Notes: generated from the sequence alone by a model not told the origin. A stretch of 64,000 nt of DNA from Eledone cirrhosa (GCA_964016885.1 OZ024746.1:24614001-24678000); one strand, 5' to 3'. Counted from the first letter of the stretch, positions 22,007 to 36,366 are shown. A program made the numbers and translations.

Positions 22007-25000
22007 TTCTTTATTAGCCACAAGGGCGCACAAGAAAAGGGGACAAAACAAAGACATGCCGGGGATTTTACATACAATCGTGTAAAAAAATATAAAACAA
22101 ACAATTATAACAATCGAAATCCCCAATAGGTGGGGGGGGCACAAGTGGGTTGTTTAATACCCCGTCGATAGAACAACCCTCAACTTCAGGAGCATGTTGT
22201 GCAAGTGCTCCTTTCTTCCTTTTGCTTTCTTCTTCAACCTACAGGCTTATATACAGAGAAGGCCCAATCACTCGGGCCATTTTTGCCACATTCACCCACC
22301 TTTAAGTAAATTTACTGGGGTGCAGTGCCTCTCTCTCCATTCTGATACTCCTTCTAAAGTGATACTTAAAGAAGGGAATCAATTGTTGTCCGGAGAGAAA
22401 GGCATCTGTCCTCAGTCCTCTTAACCTCGTCCACCATATAACCTCTTTCACCATAGCCACCGTACAGAGGAAAGCCGCCTCTCTTTCGTTTTTGAAAGAG
22501 GCTGGCGGTTTGATCCATACTATGGACTCGGCAGTCAATTGGATTTGTCCCATACGCGACAGCAGTTGTTCCGCGTAGTTTCACAGGTCGGTTGCGCCCG
22601 GGCAGTGTACAATTGCGTGCAGGACGGTTTCAATGTCCTGCACGCATCTTGGACACGTCCTCTTGGAAGGATCCCTGCCGGAGCGTCCATGCCTGTAGAT
22701 CTTGTCACGAACTAGTAGAGCTCCTCGGTAGCACTGCCAGGCCAGGGACCTCTGGAAGTTGTCCATAGGTCCCGGGCGGAAAGTCCTACCAAGCAGACTG
22801 GCGAGCTCATCGTCTTCGACGCCCAGAGTCTCTCCGAGCACGTCGTCGCCCTTGTAACGTACAATGCCTCTATAGAATGTCGAAGTGGAGTCTTCACTGA
22901 TTGCTGTTCCAGCTTGTCAGAGGACTGTGAGCGCCTGAGCGCATTCAATATGCCAGGCGCCCATCGTTTTCGGTCTTTTCTTGACTGCAGCTCCGTCAGC
23001 GAGACGAGCTGCGGGAAAGCCTGTCTCACAAACGGTGTCCACACCGGTTGGAGGTCGGTGAGGAATACATGGAGATGCCGCAGCCTCAGCGCATGTTTGC
23101 GCATCATCAGCCACGGCATTCCCAGCCCTCCGTTGGAAGGGTGCTGGCAGCAGACGGATCTCCTCACCAGCAGAGCCTGCTTCTTCCACAGAAACTGGAA
23201 GAGCATGCGTTCCATCTTTGCGAAGTGTTCACGGGGACAAGGCACGACACTCAAGCGGTAGTAAATGACGGACGCTATGAAAGTGTTCGCCACCTCCGCT
23301 TGACCTTTCAGAATCGTGGATTTGTTGCCACTTTTTGCCTCCGCCACTCGGGCCCAGCTGACAGCTTTCGCTCCTTCGTTTCTTAGAGCACGTGTTTTGC
23401 TTCTGACCACGCAGCCTTCGTGTTTCTCGTCGAAGAACTGGTTCAGTGCCGTTCTCGGCGCTAACACTCTAGCCGCGTTGCCACTTCTAAGTGCCTCCTC
23501 TACCTTGGCTACTCTCTATTCTATTTTGTTTTTTCTCTAAGGCTAACTCTCTGCTAAACCCTATCGATTCTACTCTAATTGCTTTCTTGAGAGAGTACCA
23601 CCATCTATTGTTGACGATGGCTCCCGTTAACTGTTGCTTGACTAGTCTACTTATCCGTTCACTGTAAGCTTTACGTGCCGGCAACGACACGTTCAGCTTC
23701 CAGTATCTGGGTTCCTGTCTATGTGTTCTATCACGGTTGACTATGCAGACGACTAATTTGTGATCTGAATAGGCAACCATGTGCATTCGTGGACAGCTTA
23801 ACATCTCCTTGTCCCTTTCTCTAATGAAGAACCCATCTAAATACGATCTAGATGTCCCGCTGCGGTTTGCCCACGTCCACTGTGGTGCAGTCGGGAAATC
23901 CAGTCGATACCTATCGGCCAGTTGGAATAGGCCGATTAAAGTGTTGAAGCTGTTGCACCCCCTCTACTGGAACATGATCCTACATAGTCCCATCGTGCAT
24001 CTAGGATACTATTCCAGTCCCCCACTAAAAGCAAGGAGCGACACGTTTCCAGAAAAGACTCTAGACGCTTGAAGAAGTTTGGCCGCGATTGCCCAGTCAG
24101 AGCATAAACGGCTACCAGTCTGAAGGCTCCACTTCCAACACTGTTCACGTCTAGGACTACCAGTCGACCCTCCGGGTCCAAATGTACTTGCTGTATTTTG
24201 ATGTCCAGGTTTTTCCGAAACATGACAGCTACTCCCCCTCCACCTCCTGGCTGACTGAGAGATGCAGAGATCTCAAAGTCGTCGAAGATGAGGGTCAGCT
24301 GCTGCCTGTTGTGGATCCTGGACTCGGTGATGGCTATCACATCTATATCGCGTGACCTAAGCTCGTTTAAGAGTTTGCCTTGTTTCCAGGGCATCCCTAG
24401 GCCACGCACATTCACACTTCCAACTCGTAAATCAGCCATGTTGGTGTAGAAGAGTTGGCAAAATAGGGACGAAAGGATGCACTTACTTTTCCGTTTCCTG
24501 GAGATCGGGTTGTTCGATCTCCATTTCAGTTTTGGTGGTGGTGTTGAGTGGGGTGGGGAACATTTCAACAGGGCACGGTTTATTGGTTTTTGGTATGGGT
24601 TCCCAACGTCCTGTGAAAATTGGTTCTTTAGTTTTTGGTAGGTTTCTAGCGGAACCCTTATTAGTTTGAGGTGTGATGCAGTGTCAGATTTTACAAATGT
24701 TTTCCCCTCAGTTTCCACTTTGGGGTCCTGGGAAATGATCTCTATTAAATTGTTATTGTTGGTGTTGATGTATGTATATTGTTGTTTTTGTTTTGGTTGT
24801 GTTGTTTTAGTTTGTTTTTTGTCTGTGAGTTTTTTTTGTGTTTGGGGTGGTGTTGGTAGGGGGAGGTTTGGTTGTGGTCTTGTTTGTGTTGTTGTTTGTG
24901 TCTGTGGCTGTGTGTTGGTGCTGGTGAGTGGAGTTTTGGGGGTTTTGCAGAGTCTCTTTTTTTGTTTGTTTTTTTGTTTTGTTTTTATTTCCTTCACTTA

Positions 25001-26000
25001 AAGAAGGAGAAGCAGCCTCATCCGTCGATGAATGATCGTCGTCAGGAGTGTGGGGTAGGGGAATGTTGTGTGGTGATGGTGTTTCGGTGTGTGCGTTTGT
25101 GGTAATGTTTGATGGAGTTGGATGGGGTGTGGTTGTGTTCTTCAGAGGTGTTGTCTGTGTTTTTTTCTGTTGTTGTTGGTTGAATGTCTGTTTGTTTTGG
25201 TGTGTTTGCTCGTTTCGTCTGTTGTTGTACTTGTGGTGGTGGTTGTTTCGGTGTTGGTAATAGTGGTTTTTTTAAAATGATGTTGTTGTGGTGTATTTGT
25301 GAAGGACAGGAGACCTTTAGGTGTGCTGTGCTACTACAGCGAAGGCAATGAGGTTTACGCCCCTCCACCGAAATGTTTATCTTGTTGTTGTCGTCGATGA
25401 CGACTTTTTCGGGTATTTTGGAGATTCTCTCCGGCCTTATCTGCATCAGAATCTCCAAATCAGTACCCGCCCACCTTTGTCTAATAGACTTCCGTACCGA
25501 AAGAATACCATCAGTCCCTGGCCCCACTAAGCCAGCCAAGATCCACCAGATGTTAATGTTTGGTGGTATATTTTTTATTTTGATTTTTTGTGTCCTTTTT
25601 CCCCATGTACGTAGGGAAAAAGGTAAATGTTTTTGACACTATTGGTGTCACAGAATGTTTTGGGGCGAGTGCCTCGCTTTTAAACAGTACGGAAATACTT
25701 CCGTACTGTCTTCCTCGTTGAAGAAAGTCAATATTTTCTAGAGTCTCCTTCAAGGTGGCTTCTATGTCTCCTTGACTCACAAATACTAGCTTTCTCGTTG
25801 TGTTTGAGACAGTCCTGAAGGTCACTGTCCTTCGAACCGTCTCTTCTTTTATTTCGAGGGGTGAGTTGATTCTAAACCCACCCTTGTCTCCGAAAGTTAC
25901 AAATTTTCTCCCTTGCTGGAGCATATCCCTTGCATTAGAGATGTCAAGATTTATAAAATCTTGTTTCTTGTTCAGCGAAATACATTTTTTGTGGTCTTGC

Positions 26001-26042
<42 letters not shown>

Positions 26043-26590
26043 CAGCCTCGGTGTTAGAAATCGCAATTTCTTGAGGAGTTGAAACTTTATCTATGCATGT
26101 ATCCATGGAGTTGTTGTTGTTGGCTTTTTCATGTGTATGTATATGAATAGGTTTAATTTCTGTGTTTTCTGTATTTTTCTGTGTATGCTGCGTGTTATTT
26201 TCCTCCACTTCGACGGTAGAAATTTTAAAATGTTCAAGTGGCAATATTTTTTCTTTGTTGACAGTCGTATCCATGACGACGTCCATAGTGGCAGAAGCAG
26301 ATATAACGTTAATATCTGTCTTTCTACCTTTCTTCTCTCTGTTAACATTCTTCGGCGTTCTTTCCGAGTCACTCATTTTTTATAGTCGGCAAAATTTGAT
26401 TTTTTTTAACAATTTTTAAATTAAATTTTCGCCCCTTTAGGGGCGAAAAATGGGATTACCACCCAGCTGACAATTCAGCTTGGCGGTTAATCTACAAAAT
26501 GATATGTTTTTTCAAACAATTAGTCCAGTTTTTTGTATAGAAATTTACAAAAAAAGCTTACCAGCGATGTTCCACGCGTCAGGTATATCC
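22006..26590 (-). mobile_element. Tx1/L1-group non-LTR retrotransposon, decayed, RT core deleted, inserted in (TCTA)n
   Basis: ORF1 pieces with CCHC knuckle CLRCSSTAHLKVSC. ORF2 from ATG 24439 with APE motifs (SVNVRGL, IAITES, LVGDWN, YSDH, YWKLN), post-RT GGLGMP and zinc motif CPRC...ETVLHAIVHCP. 3' AATAAA; GATA repeats on both flanks. Confidence 0.92.
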
Positions 26591-27083
26591 GAGATAGATA
26601 GATAAATAGATAGATAGGTAGATTATATCATTTTAGATTGGCTTCTTGTAAGAAGTAATTGGTCTAAAAAAAGTGATCATGAACATTCTCAAATACTATT
26701 GAAACGTTCATAACGTTTTGTACCCTGCTGTAAGCGAAAATAGCTATTAGAAAAAAATATCATTGCTACATATTTAATTCAGTGTAGATGGTGAAGAAAG
26801 TTAGTCCTGATAAGATATTAAATCAGAACGTAAGTGGAATTGGAACGATTTGCCCAGCGTTGTGCTATCTCCATCATCTCCATAACTAAATATTGATTTG
26901 TCACTCAGGCAGAGAATGGCGTGTTTATGATGCAAAAAAAAGTTAGTCAAGTTGTATTGATGACATTATGAGAGGCATTCGTGGAGAAAGTGCAATGAAA
27001 CAGTTTGAAATGAGAGAAGAAACTACAGCACAAGAAAAGCTTAATGGAGAACAAAATTCTCGCTTTATACCAATCACCACCAT

Positions 27084-27273
27084 TGGTGGATTGGCAGCAT
27101 CGGTAGAGGATCGGACGCCATGCTTTGACGCATAGAGTTACGACCCTTGCCATTCTGAGTTCAAATCCCGCCAAGGTTAACTTTGCCTTTCATCCTTACG
27201 GGGTCGATAAAATAAAGTACCAGTAATGTACTGGGTATTTGCTGGCCTTGTGCCTAAAGTAGAAACAATTATT
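27084..27273 (+). mobile_element. Near full-length copy of the dominant tRNA-like SINE
   Basis: A-box-like TGGCAGCATCGG, B-box GAGTTCAAATCC, conserved body ggggtcgataaaataaagtaccag; near-identical to copies at 43.3-43.6, 44.2-44.8 and 61.9-62.0 kb. Confidence 0.85.
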
Positions 27274-27339
27274 AACTTAAACACCATACACTTGCAGTCG
27301 TCAACAAACAACTCCCTTCTTCTTCAACCACTCCATATG

Positions 27340-27490
27340 TCATATATATAATTTATATATAATATATATCATTTATATATAATATATATAATTTATATAT
27401 AATATATATAATTTATATAATATATATAATTTATATAATATATATCATTTATATATAATATATATAATTTATATAATATATATAATTTAT
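27340..27490. repeat. AT-only minisatellite (18-20 bp units, tatataatttatatataa)
   Basis: Direct reading. Confidence 0.85.
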
Positions 27491-27515
27491 ATGTAATGTA
27501 TGTAATTTATAATTA

Positions 27516-27645
<130 letters not shown>

Positions 27646-27704
27646 GTATGCAGTTGACGGCCGAGAAAAAATAGTACTCAATACAGAAGTGGGGTTAGTT
27701 TAAA

Positions 27705-27752
27705 TATTGTCTGATGACCCTGTGAGAAATAGGCGAAACTCAAGAGTAACGC
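27705..27752 (+). ncRNA. Type I hammerhead motif (stem II base mismatched, short stem I)
   Basis: CUGAUGA-c-CCUGU-gagaa-AUAGG-c-GAAA-CUC-aa-GAG-UA; stem I only UGU/ACG. Confidence 0.55.
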
Positions 27753-27769
27753 GACTCACTATTTGGCCA

Positions 27770-27825
<56 letters not shown>

Positions 27826-28213
27826 TATATATATATATATATATATAGATAGATAGATATATATAGAGAGGGGGGGGGATACATATGTTATCTACTGAAT
27901 TTAAAGGGCTAGTCTTTGAATGAGTAAAATAAGTAAATTCTAAGAAGAATGCGCTGATACAAGATTATTTCACATTAAAAATGCTGTGTCTCTGGTCTAA
28001 AATTAGCCATTACAACTAGTAAGAGTATGATCATATATACCACTGTTACCAGGCATGATGGATTACTGCGTTGCTTGCGTTGTTCTCTTGTGTGTTATAA
28101 GTCATTGTAACTTGCTAAGTAAGCTATTGATATATATGTATATACGTATATACGTATGTGGATAAACCCCTCCCCCCATATATATGTATGTGTGTGTGCA
28201 TGCGCGCGCTCGC

Positions 28214-28274
<61 letters not shown>

Positions 28275-28961
28275 ATATACCATACATATATACATACATG
28301 TGTATAATACGTCCGTATGTATGTATGTATGTATGTATGAAAAGCCACTCTATGAAGATATTTCTGTCCATGAACGCTGCAAGAATGAGTTTCAAAGTTG
28401 TTTACCGTTGACATAACTGAACATATATGCAGAAGAATGTATTAAGAGAAATGTGAGTGTGTGTGTGTGTGAGAGAGAGAGAGAGGGGGGGGGGGTGAGG
28501 GAGGGAGAGAGAGAGAGACCGAGACCAATCATTCTCTCTATGTGTGAATAGGTGTGAAGATATATGTTTAAGTGAACGTGAAATGGAGAGATTTGACGGC
28601 TTAATTAATTATTTATTTTATTAACTTCATTGTTTTCACGTTCATTCTTTTTGACTGTGTGTATTTAATCAATTTAGACGAAGCAATTGAACGTTCGCTG
28701 TCAGTGGAAGCAGTTGGCACTGGAAATAGCATTGTGTGCCTGAGGCATAGAGAGCTCTCTGCAGGGGAGAGCATCTGCTAGGCACGGAGACAACCACTTC
28801 GTGACTCTCCGCTTGCCGCTTTACTTAGAAGGAAGAAATTTCTTTCTTTTTGTCGCCTGCCTTTACCCCCATCACCACCCTTACTGCACCTTGCTCTTAC
28901 TCTCTCTCTCTTTATCTGTCTCTATATAAATATGTATCCATCTATCTCTATCTCTATCTCT

Positions 28962-29012
<51 letters not shown>

Positions 29013-29896
29013 TTTTCATATAGATATGGCTCTCTCTCTCACTCTCCCTCTCTCTCTTTCTCTCTCTCCTTCGCTCAGTTTTTCTCATTCTCTTTCTTTT
29101 CCTTTTCTTCTTCCCGTTCTTCCTTCCCATCGCTTATTTTCTTTCTGTCTTTTTTGTTTCTTTAATACGGTCACTCGCTCGACTTTATTTTTCACTCACT
29201 CACTCTCACTCACTCTCTCACTTGCTCTCTCCAACCTTGCTGTCTTTTTCGTCACACTTTCTATCTCTCTGTCTTATTTCCTTCTTCCTCGATTGAACCA
29301 AAGAAAAAAGGTAACGAAAGTGGCATTGAACGAACTAATCAAAGTTAAAAGAGAGTTAGTTGGAATGATAATGAAGGAGTCAGCGAGCGTAAGTGCAAGG
29401 TGGTAATTGGGAGAAGTGGGGGGGGGGGGCTATTGGGAATGAGGAGGGTAAGTGAGAGTGGAGATAGTGAGTGAGCGTGGAAGTGGGGAGAGAGAGTGAA
29501 AGTGGCGAGTGAGAGTGGAGGGGTGAAAGAGAGTGGAAGTGGCGAGAGAGAGTGGAAGTGAGCAAGAGAGAGTAGAGGGGGTAGTGAGTGGAAGGGTCAA
29601 GTGAGAGTGGAAGAGTACGGGGTGGGGGTTAAGTGGAGACGAAATAAAGGTAGGAAAGCTGGTGGAAGAAGCAAGGAAGAGGTAGGTATGAAGAAGAGGG
29701 GTAGAAGTAAAGAGGTAGGTGGTGGCCCCCATGTTGAATTCTGAGATGGAGCGGCTGAACCATCGAGTGGTTAATTACTGGTGATTGGTGGTAGTACAAG
29801 TTAGAGGAAGAGTAGCCGCCATTGATGGGACTCAAGTGTATTTATTCTTCACACGGTTGCACCATGGGTAGGATCACGTTTGGTGTGGATAGACGG

Positions 29897-30862
29897 ATGA
29901 TGGTGGTGGTGGTGGTGTTGGTGGCGGTGGTGGTGCTTGTGGTGGTGGTGGTGGTGGTGGTGGTGGTGGCGGTGGTGGTGGTGGTGGTGGCGATGGTGGC
30001 GGTGGTGGTGCTTGTGGTGGTGGTGGTGGTGGTGGTGGTGGTGTTGGTGGTGTTGGTGGCGGTGGTGGTGATGATGGTGGTGGTGGTGGTGTTGGTGGCG
30101 GTGGTGGTGATGGTGGTGGTGGTGGTGGTGATGGTGATTGTGGTGGTGGTGGTGGTGGTGGTGATTGTAGTGGTGGTGATGGTGGTGGTGATGGGGATTG
30201 TAGTGGTGGTGGTGGTGGTGGTTGTAGTGGTGGTGGTCCTAGTCGTAGTGGTGGTGGTGGTGACTGTAGTGGTGGTGGTGGTTGGTGGTGGTGGTGGAGG
30301 TGGAGGTGGTGGTGGTGGTGGTGGTGATTGTAGTGGTGGTGATGGTGGTGGTGATAGTGATTGTGGTGGTGGTGGTGGTGGTGGTGGTGGTGGTGATTGT
30401 AGTGGTGGTGGTGGTGGTGGTGGTGGTTGTAGTGGTGGTGGTGGTGGTTGTAGTTGTGGTGGTGGTTGTAGTGGTGGTGGTGGTTGTAGTGGTGGTGCTG
30501 GTTGTAGTGGTGGTGCTGGTGTTGGTGGTGGTGGTGGTGGTGGTTGTAGTGGTGGTGATGGTGGTGGTGGTGGTGGTCGTCGTCGTCGTGCTGGTGGTAT
30601 TGGTGGTGGTGGTGGCGGTGATGGTGATTGTAGTGGTGGTTTTGGTGGTGGTGCTAGTCGTGGTGATGGTTGTGTTGGTGATGGTGGTAGTGTTGTCGTT
30701 GTTGTTGTTGGTGGTGGTGGTGGTGGTGGTATTGGTGGTGGTGGTGGTGCTAGTCGTGGTGATGGTTGTGTTGGTGGTGGTGGTAGTGTTGGTAGTGGTT
30801 TAGTCGATGGTGGTGGGATGGAGGTAAGACTGTTGTTTGATTTTTTGATGGTGGTGATGGTG
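29897..30862 (+). repeat. Degenerate (GGT)n tract of about 1 kb
   Basis: Direct reading; it produces the spurious poly-V/G/P/T ORFs. Confidence 0.95.
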
Positions 30863-30993
30863 GCGGGAGTTGACGGCAGTATGGTTGTGTGGTTCAATGG
30901 AGTTGGTTGATAAGGTGTCAGTAATAAGAAAATCGTCTTCTAAGGTCATTTTTATTTCATCTCTCACACACACAGCCCTCTCTCTCTCTAGTT

Positions 30994-31025
<32 letters not shown>

Positions 31026-31107
31026 GTATAACGAGGGAAATGTGGTAAGGAACCAGGTGGACCATAACGCACCAAAGTACTCAATACTTAGGGTAGTAGA
31101 GTGGGTA

Positions 31108-31229
31108 ATAGGAACGAGTAGGACCCCGACGGCTGAGCTCAAGCCGTTTCGACGGCTAATTCTGGACTGAATGAGTCCAGAATTAGCCGTCGAAACGGCT
31201 TGAGCTCAGCCGTCGGGGTCCTACTCGTT

Positions 31230-31234
<5 letters not shown>
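31108..31234. repeat. Perfect 61-bp-arm hairpin with 5-nt loop (family C)
   Basis: ataggaacgagtagg...tctggact-gaatg-agtccaga...cctactcgttcctat. Confidence 0.95.
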
Positions 31235-31267
<33 letters not shown>

Positions 31268-31455
31268 AATGTTTTTTTGAAAGTTAAAGAAGGTATCCAA
31301 TACATTAGTAGAGAAGGTACATACTTCTTTCAGACACACACACACACACACATACACACATATATATATATATATATATGAATGAAAAATCGAGCAAGAA
31401 ACGGGACTGTCCATCATCAGTGATCTTCTGACTATCATCGATATTTCTTCGCAGA

Positions 31456-31495
<40 letters not shown>

Positions 31496-31588
31496 ATCCA
31501 CCACCACCCCACTCTCAAGAGCGTGAAATTAATAAACATTCGTTGTACTGCCTCTCTGTTTTGTTCTTGTTCAATTTTTCATTATATA

Positions 31589-31667
<79 letters not shown>

Positions 31668-31769
31668 GTATATGTATATATACATATATATATATATACA
31701 TATATATATATACATACATATATATATGTATGTTTGGTTAGTTTTATGTTCTACGCTGATATTGCTGAC

Positions 31770-31831
<62 letters not shown>

Positions 31832-32063
31832 CATATACTAATGTACCCGGTCTCCAAAAATGAAAATGGGTTTGTTAATTATTGAGAATGAAGCAGCCCT
31901 TCAATTTTGTATCGTGATTGGTAAATTTCAGACCCCTAAAACATTGCACTTTGAATTTAAAAGGGCAAATTTTTAAGTAATTTGTTTCTAAAAGTGTTTA
32001 CCAAAGCATTTTATTTGTTGTGTGACCGTGTCTTGAACTTGACACACCACTATATACCTAGAT

Positions 32064-32252
32064 ACACACAGAGACACGTGTAAATGCACGTGTACACACA
32101 GAGACATGTGTAAATGCGCGTGTACACACAGAGACATGTGTAAATGTGCGTGTACACACAGAGACATGTGTAAATGTGCGTGTACACACAGAGACATGTG
32201 TAAATGCGCGTGTACACACAGAGACATGTGTAAATGCATGTGTACACACAGA
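32064..32252 (+). repeat. 30-bp minisatellite, about 6 units
   Basis: Unit tacacacagagacatgtgtaaatgYRYgtg. Confidence 0.95.
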
Positions 32253-33449
32253 GAAGAGACCTAAATAGTTCATACAATGTATTTTCATGAAATGAAATTG
32301 ACATAACAACGTTAAGATACATTTCTAATTCATAAATAGAGACAGAGAAACAGGGAGATAGAGAGAAGGGGGGAGAGGGGGGGGGGGGGGCAAAGAACAG
32401 AAGGACTATGTAGAAAAGTTCGTGAGGTCACTATTTTTTATTTCTCATTCTCTCCTTTTCTTTGCATCTACATATCTATCTTTTTAAAAATATATTTTAA
32501 CTCTGATATAATATCAATTTTATTTCATCAAAGGTTTTGTACTAAACTTTTAAGGTCATCTATATGTGTATGAATAAATGTATATGCATGTGTATGTGTA
32601 TATATGCATTATGTAAATATATATTTGTATATGAAAATTCAGACGCTGTGACATCACAAAACGCAGTATGTACTTGCACCCAAATATATCTTTTCTTTAC
32701 ATAAGTTATAAATACATATTTTTGTCATTTACTCACACTTTCCCAAATACTGACTATTTAACAGTTACGTTTATTATGTAAACTATTACTAAACTCAACT
32801 CGTTTTGCTATTTCTTATTTAGAGATTTTTTTGTTTTGTTTGTTCGTTTTGATTTTTTTTTTTTTTTTCATACATTTAAACAAAAGATGTTTGCATTTTA
32901 AAATTATCCTCCGTTATGATCCAGTTCCAATATGTATCAAATTTGACGAACACTTTAATAGGTATTGGAAGAATAGAAATTTTATTTTTCTGTTTCTTTT
33001 TATTACCTGAACGCCCGAGGGGGTCGTCGGGGCATTTGAACAGGGTGGGACATATTTCTCTGCGGGTCTAAATACAGCCGATTTATTCGAAAAGGATTGA
33101 GAAAGGAAGGATCGACCAGTAATCTTGGGCTGGAACTTTACATAGCTATCTCAAAAGAGTGAAAGACAAAGATGACATCGGCAGGAATTGAACTTAGAGG
33201 ATAAAGAACCGGAACCAATGCTGTGAAATATTCTCTCCGATGTTCTAACGACTCTGTCAACACGTAAACTGGTAGAATAGATAGCGGTAGTTTAGCAATG
33301 GTGTCTAACAAATTATTCAACGTTCGTTCTTGTTTTTTTTTTTTTTCGAGTCTAAACATCTTATTTACCTTTAAGATTCGAGAGTAACGTGTGAAACAAT
33401 ACTCTGCACAACTTTCAGTGTATTGAATTGTCTAAGTGATCATTGTCAT

Positions 33450-33978
<529 letters not shown>

Positions 33979-33988
33979 TATATATATA

Positions 33989-34068
<80 letters not shown>

Positions 34069-34191
34069 TACATAGCTTTTCTAAAATACTTATTCACCTT
34101 AACAGAAAATCTCTATTGTAGTTCCTTTTCAAACTAGATTTCTGACCGGTTTATCGCACTTTTATTTTTATTGTGTGTGTGTGTGTGTGTA

Positions 34192-34223
<32 letters not shown>

Positions 34224-34244
34224 CGTGTGCGTGTGCGTGTGCGT

Positions 34245-34276
<32 letters not shown>

Positions 34277-34538
34277 TTTCAATCTCACTAAATCCTACCA
34301 AACCCAGTATCTATTCATCAAATTTATTTTATTTTTCTTATTCATATTTTTTTTCCTTTTTGTTGTACTTCATTTCAATTTATTTAACATTTATTTATTT
34401 ATTTGGTTATTTATTTGCTTATTTATTTGATTATTTATTCGTCCATTTTGTCGTGATCTTCCGTCTTGCTGTCTTCGACAATGTTTTTTTTATTTTCTTT
34501 TTCGGAATTTTACTTTCATTTTACTAGTTTATATATAC

Positions 34539-34606
<68 letters not shown>

Positions 34607-34653
34607 GTATATATATATATGTACATATATATATGTACATATATATATATACA

Positions 34654-34704
<51 letters not shown>

Positions 34705-34930
34705 GTATATATATATATGTACATATATATATGTACATATATATATGTACATATATGTACATATATATATGTACATATATATATATATATACATATATAT
34801 GTATATATATATATCATATATATATATATCATATATCATATATCATATATATCATATATATATATACATATATATATTCATGCATATATATATACATATA
34901 TATATATACGTACATATATATATATATACG

Positions 34931-34962
<32 letters not shown>

Positions 34963-34963
34963 C

Positions 34964-35023
<60 letters not shown>

Positions 35024-35037
35024 ATATATATATGTGC

Positions 35038-35098
<61 letters not shown>

Positions 35099-35214
35099 CA
35101 TATATATATATATAAAGGAACGATCGACTTTCGTCAAATCGGACCGAGGGAACAATGTTTCCGTTGGTCTTTCCAATTGCTAATACTATCTATCGGTCGC
35201 AACTCCAGGTAGAA

Positions 35215-35473
<259 letters not shown>

Positions 35474-35858
35474 TCAAAGAACCACTCTCACGACACAGTA
35501 ACCTCCAGTCGCAGATACGCCTCCGGGAAACTTACAAAGATAACACTCGATCTCAGTTTCCCTTTAAGAAAGCAAAAAAAAAACTATCGATTTCCTCTCT
35601 CTCTCTATTATATTAGCAGGTACAAGGTCACAGAATGATAGGTTGTCTGTCTGACAGAATAGTGATAGCGATGTATTTGCCAATGACATTAAGTAAGAAA
35701 GTGATAAAAAAAATGACTTTGACCAGGAAAAGAAACCCTTTCACCAGATTGTTGCGCAAGCAGATTTCCACATAATCTACGGCGCTCACCAGATGAACTG
35801 CATATCATTTTACTATATTATGTTAGAATGTAGGTGAAAATGAATAATTTACTAGTGA

Positions 35859-35943
<85 letters not shown>

Positions 35944-36312
35944 TATATATATGTATATATACATATATATATTCATATATACATATATTTTGTGCCACCT
36001 TGTGTGCAAGTGAAGGTACGTGGTTAAAGTGTTTGACTCCTTGTAGCGAGTTTTGGCCATTAAGTTGGTAAAAATAAGTTGTACGTGTAATTTAAAGGGC
36101 CGGTCTTGTCAAACCCTTTGTCGTGTTAAATCTCACGATCAGAGTGTTCAGTTGTTCGACCAAATGAAACAATCGGATTTCAAGCGACGAAAGTCTAACA
36201 ACAACAACAATATATAATTTGGAGGGTGTGTTGTGGGCTGGTTTAGCAGTTTAGCAGTTTAGGTTTAGAGTTTTTGCTAGGTGTTTTGTGGACTGCTAGG
36301 AGCAATAACAGT

Positions 36313-36366
<54 letters not shown>

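Noticed and set aside
29822-30910. Extensin/mucin-like poly-P/T and poly-V/G ORFs
   Set aside because: GGT repeat that is open in several frames by composition alone.
32064-32252. CRISPR-like regular repeats
   Set aside because: Tandem units without unique spacers, in eukaryotic DNA with no cas genes.
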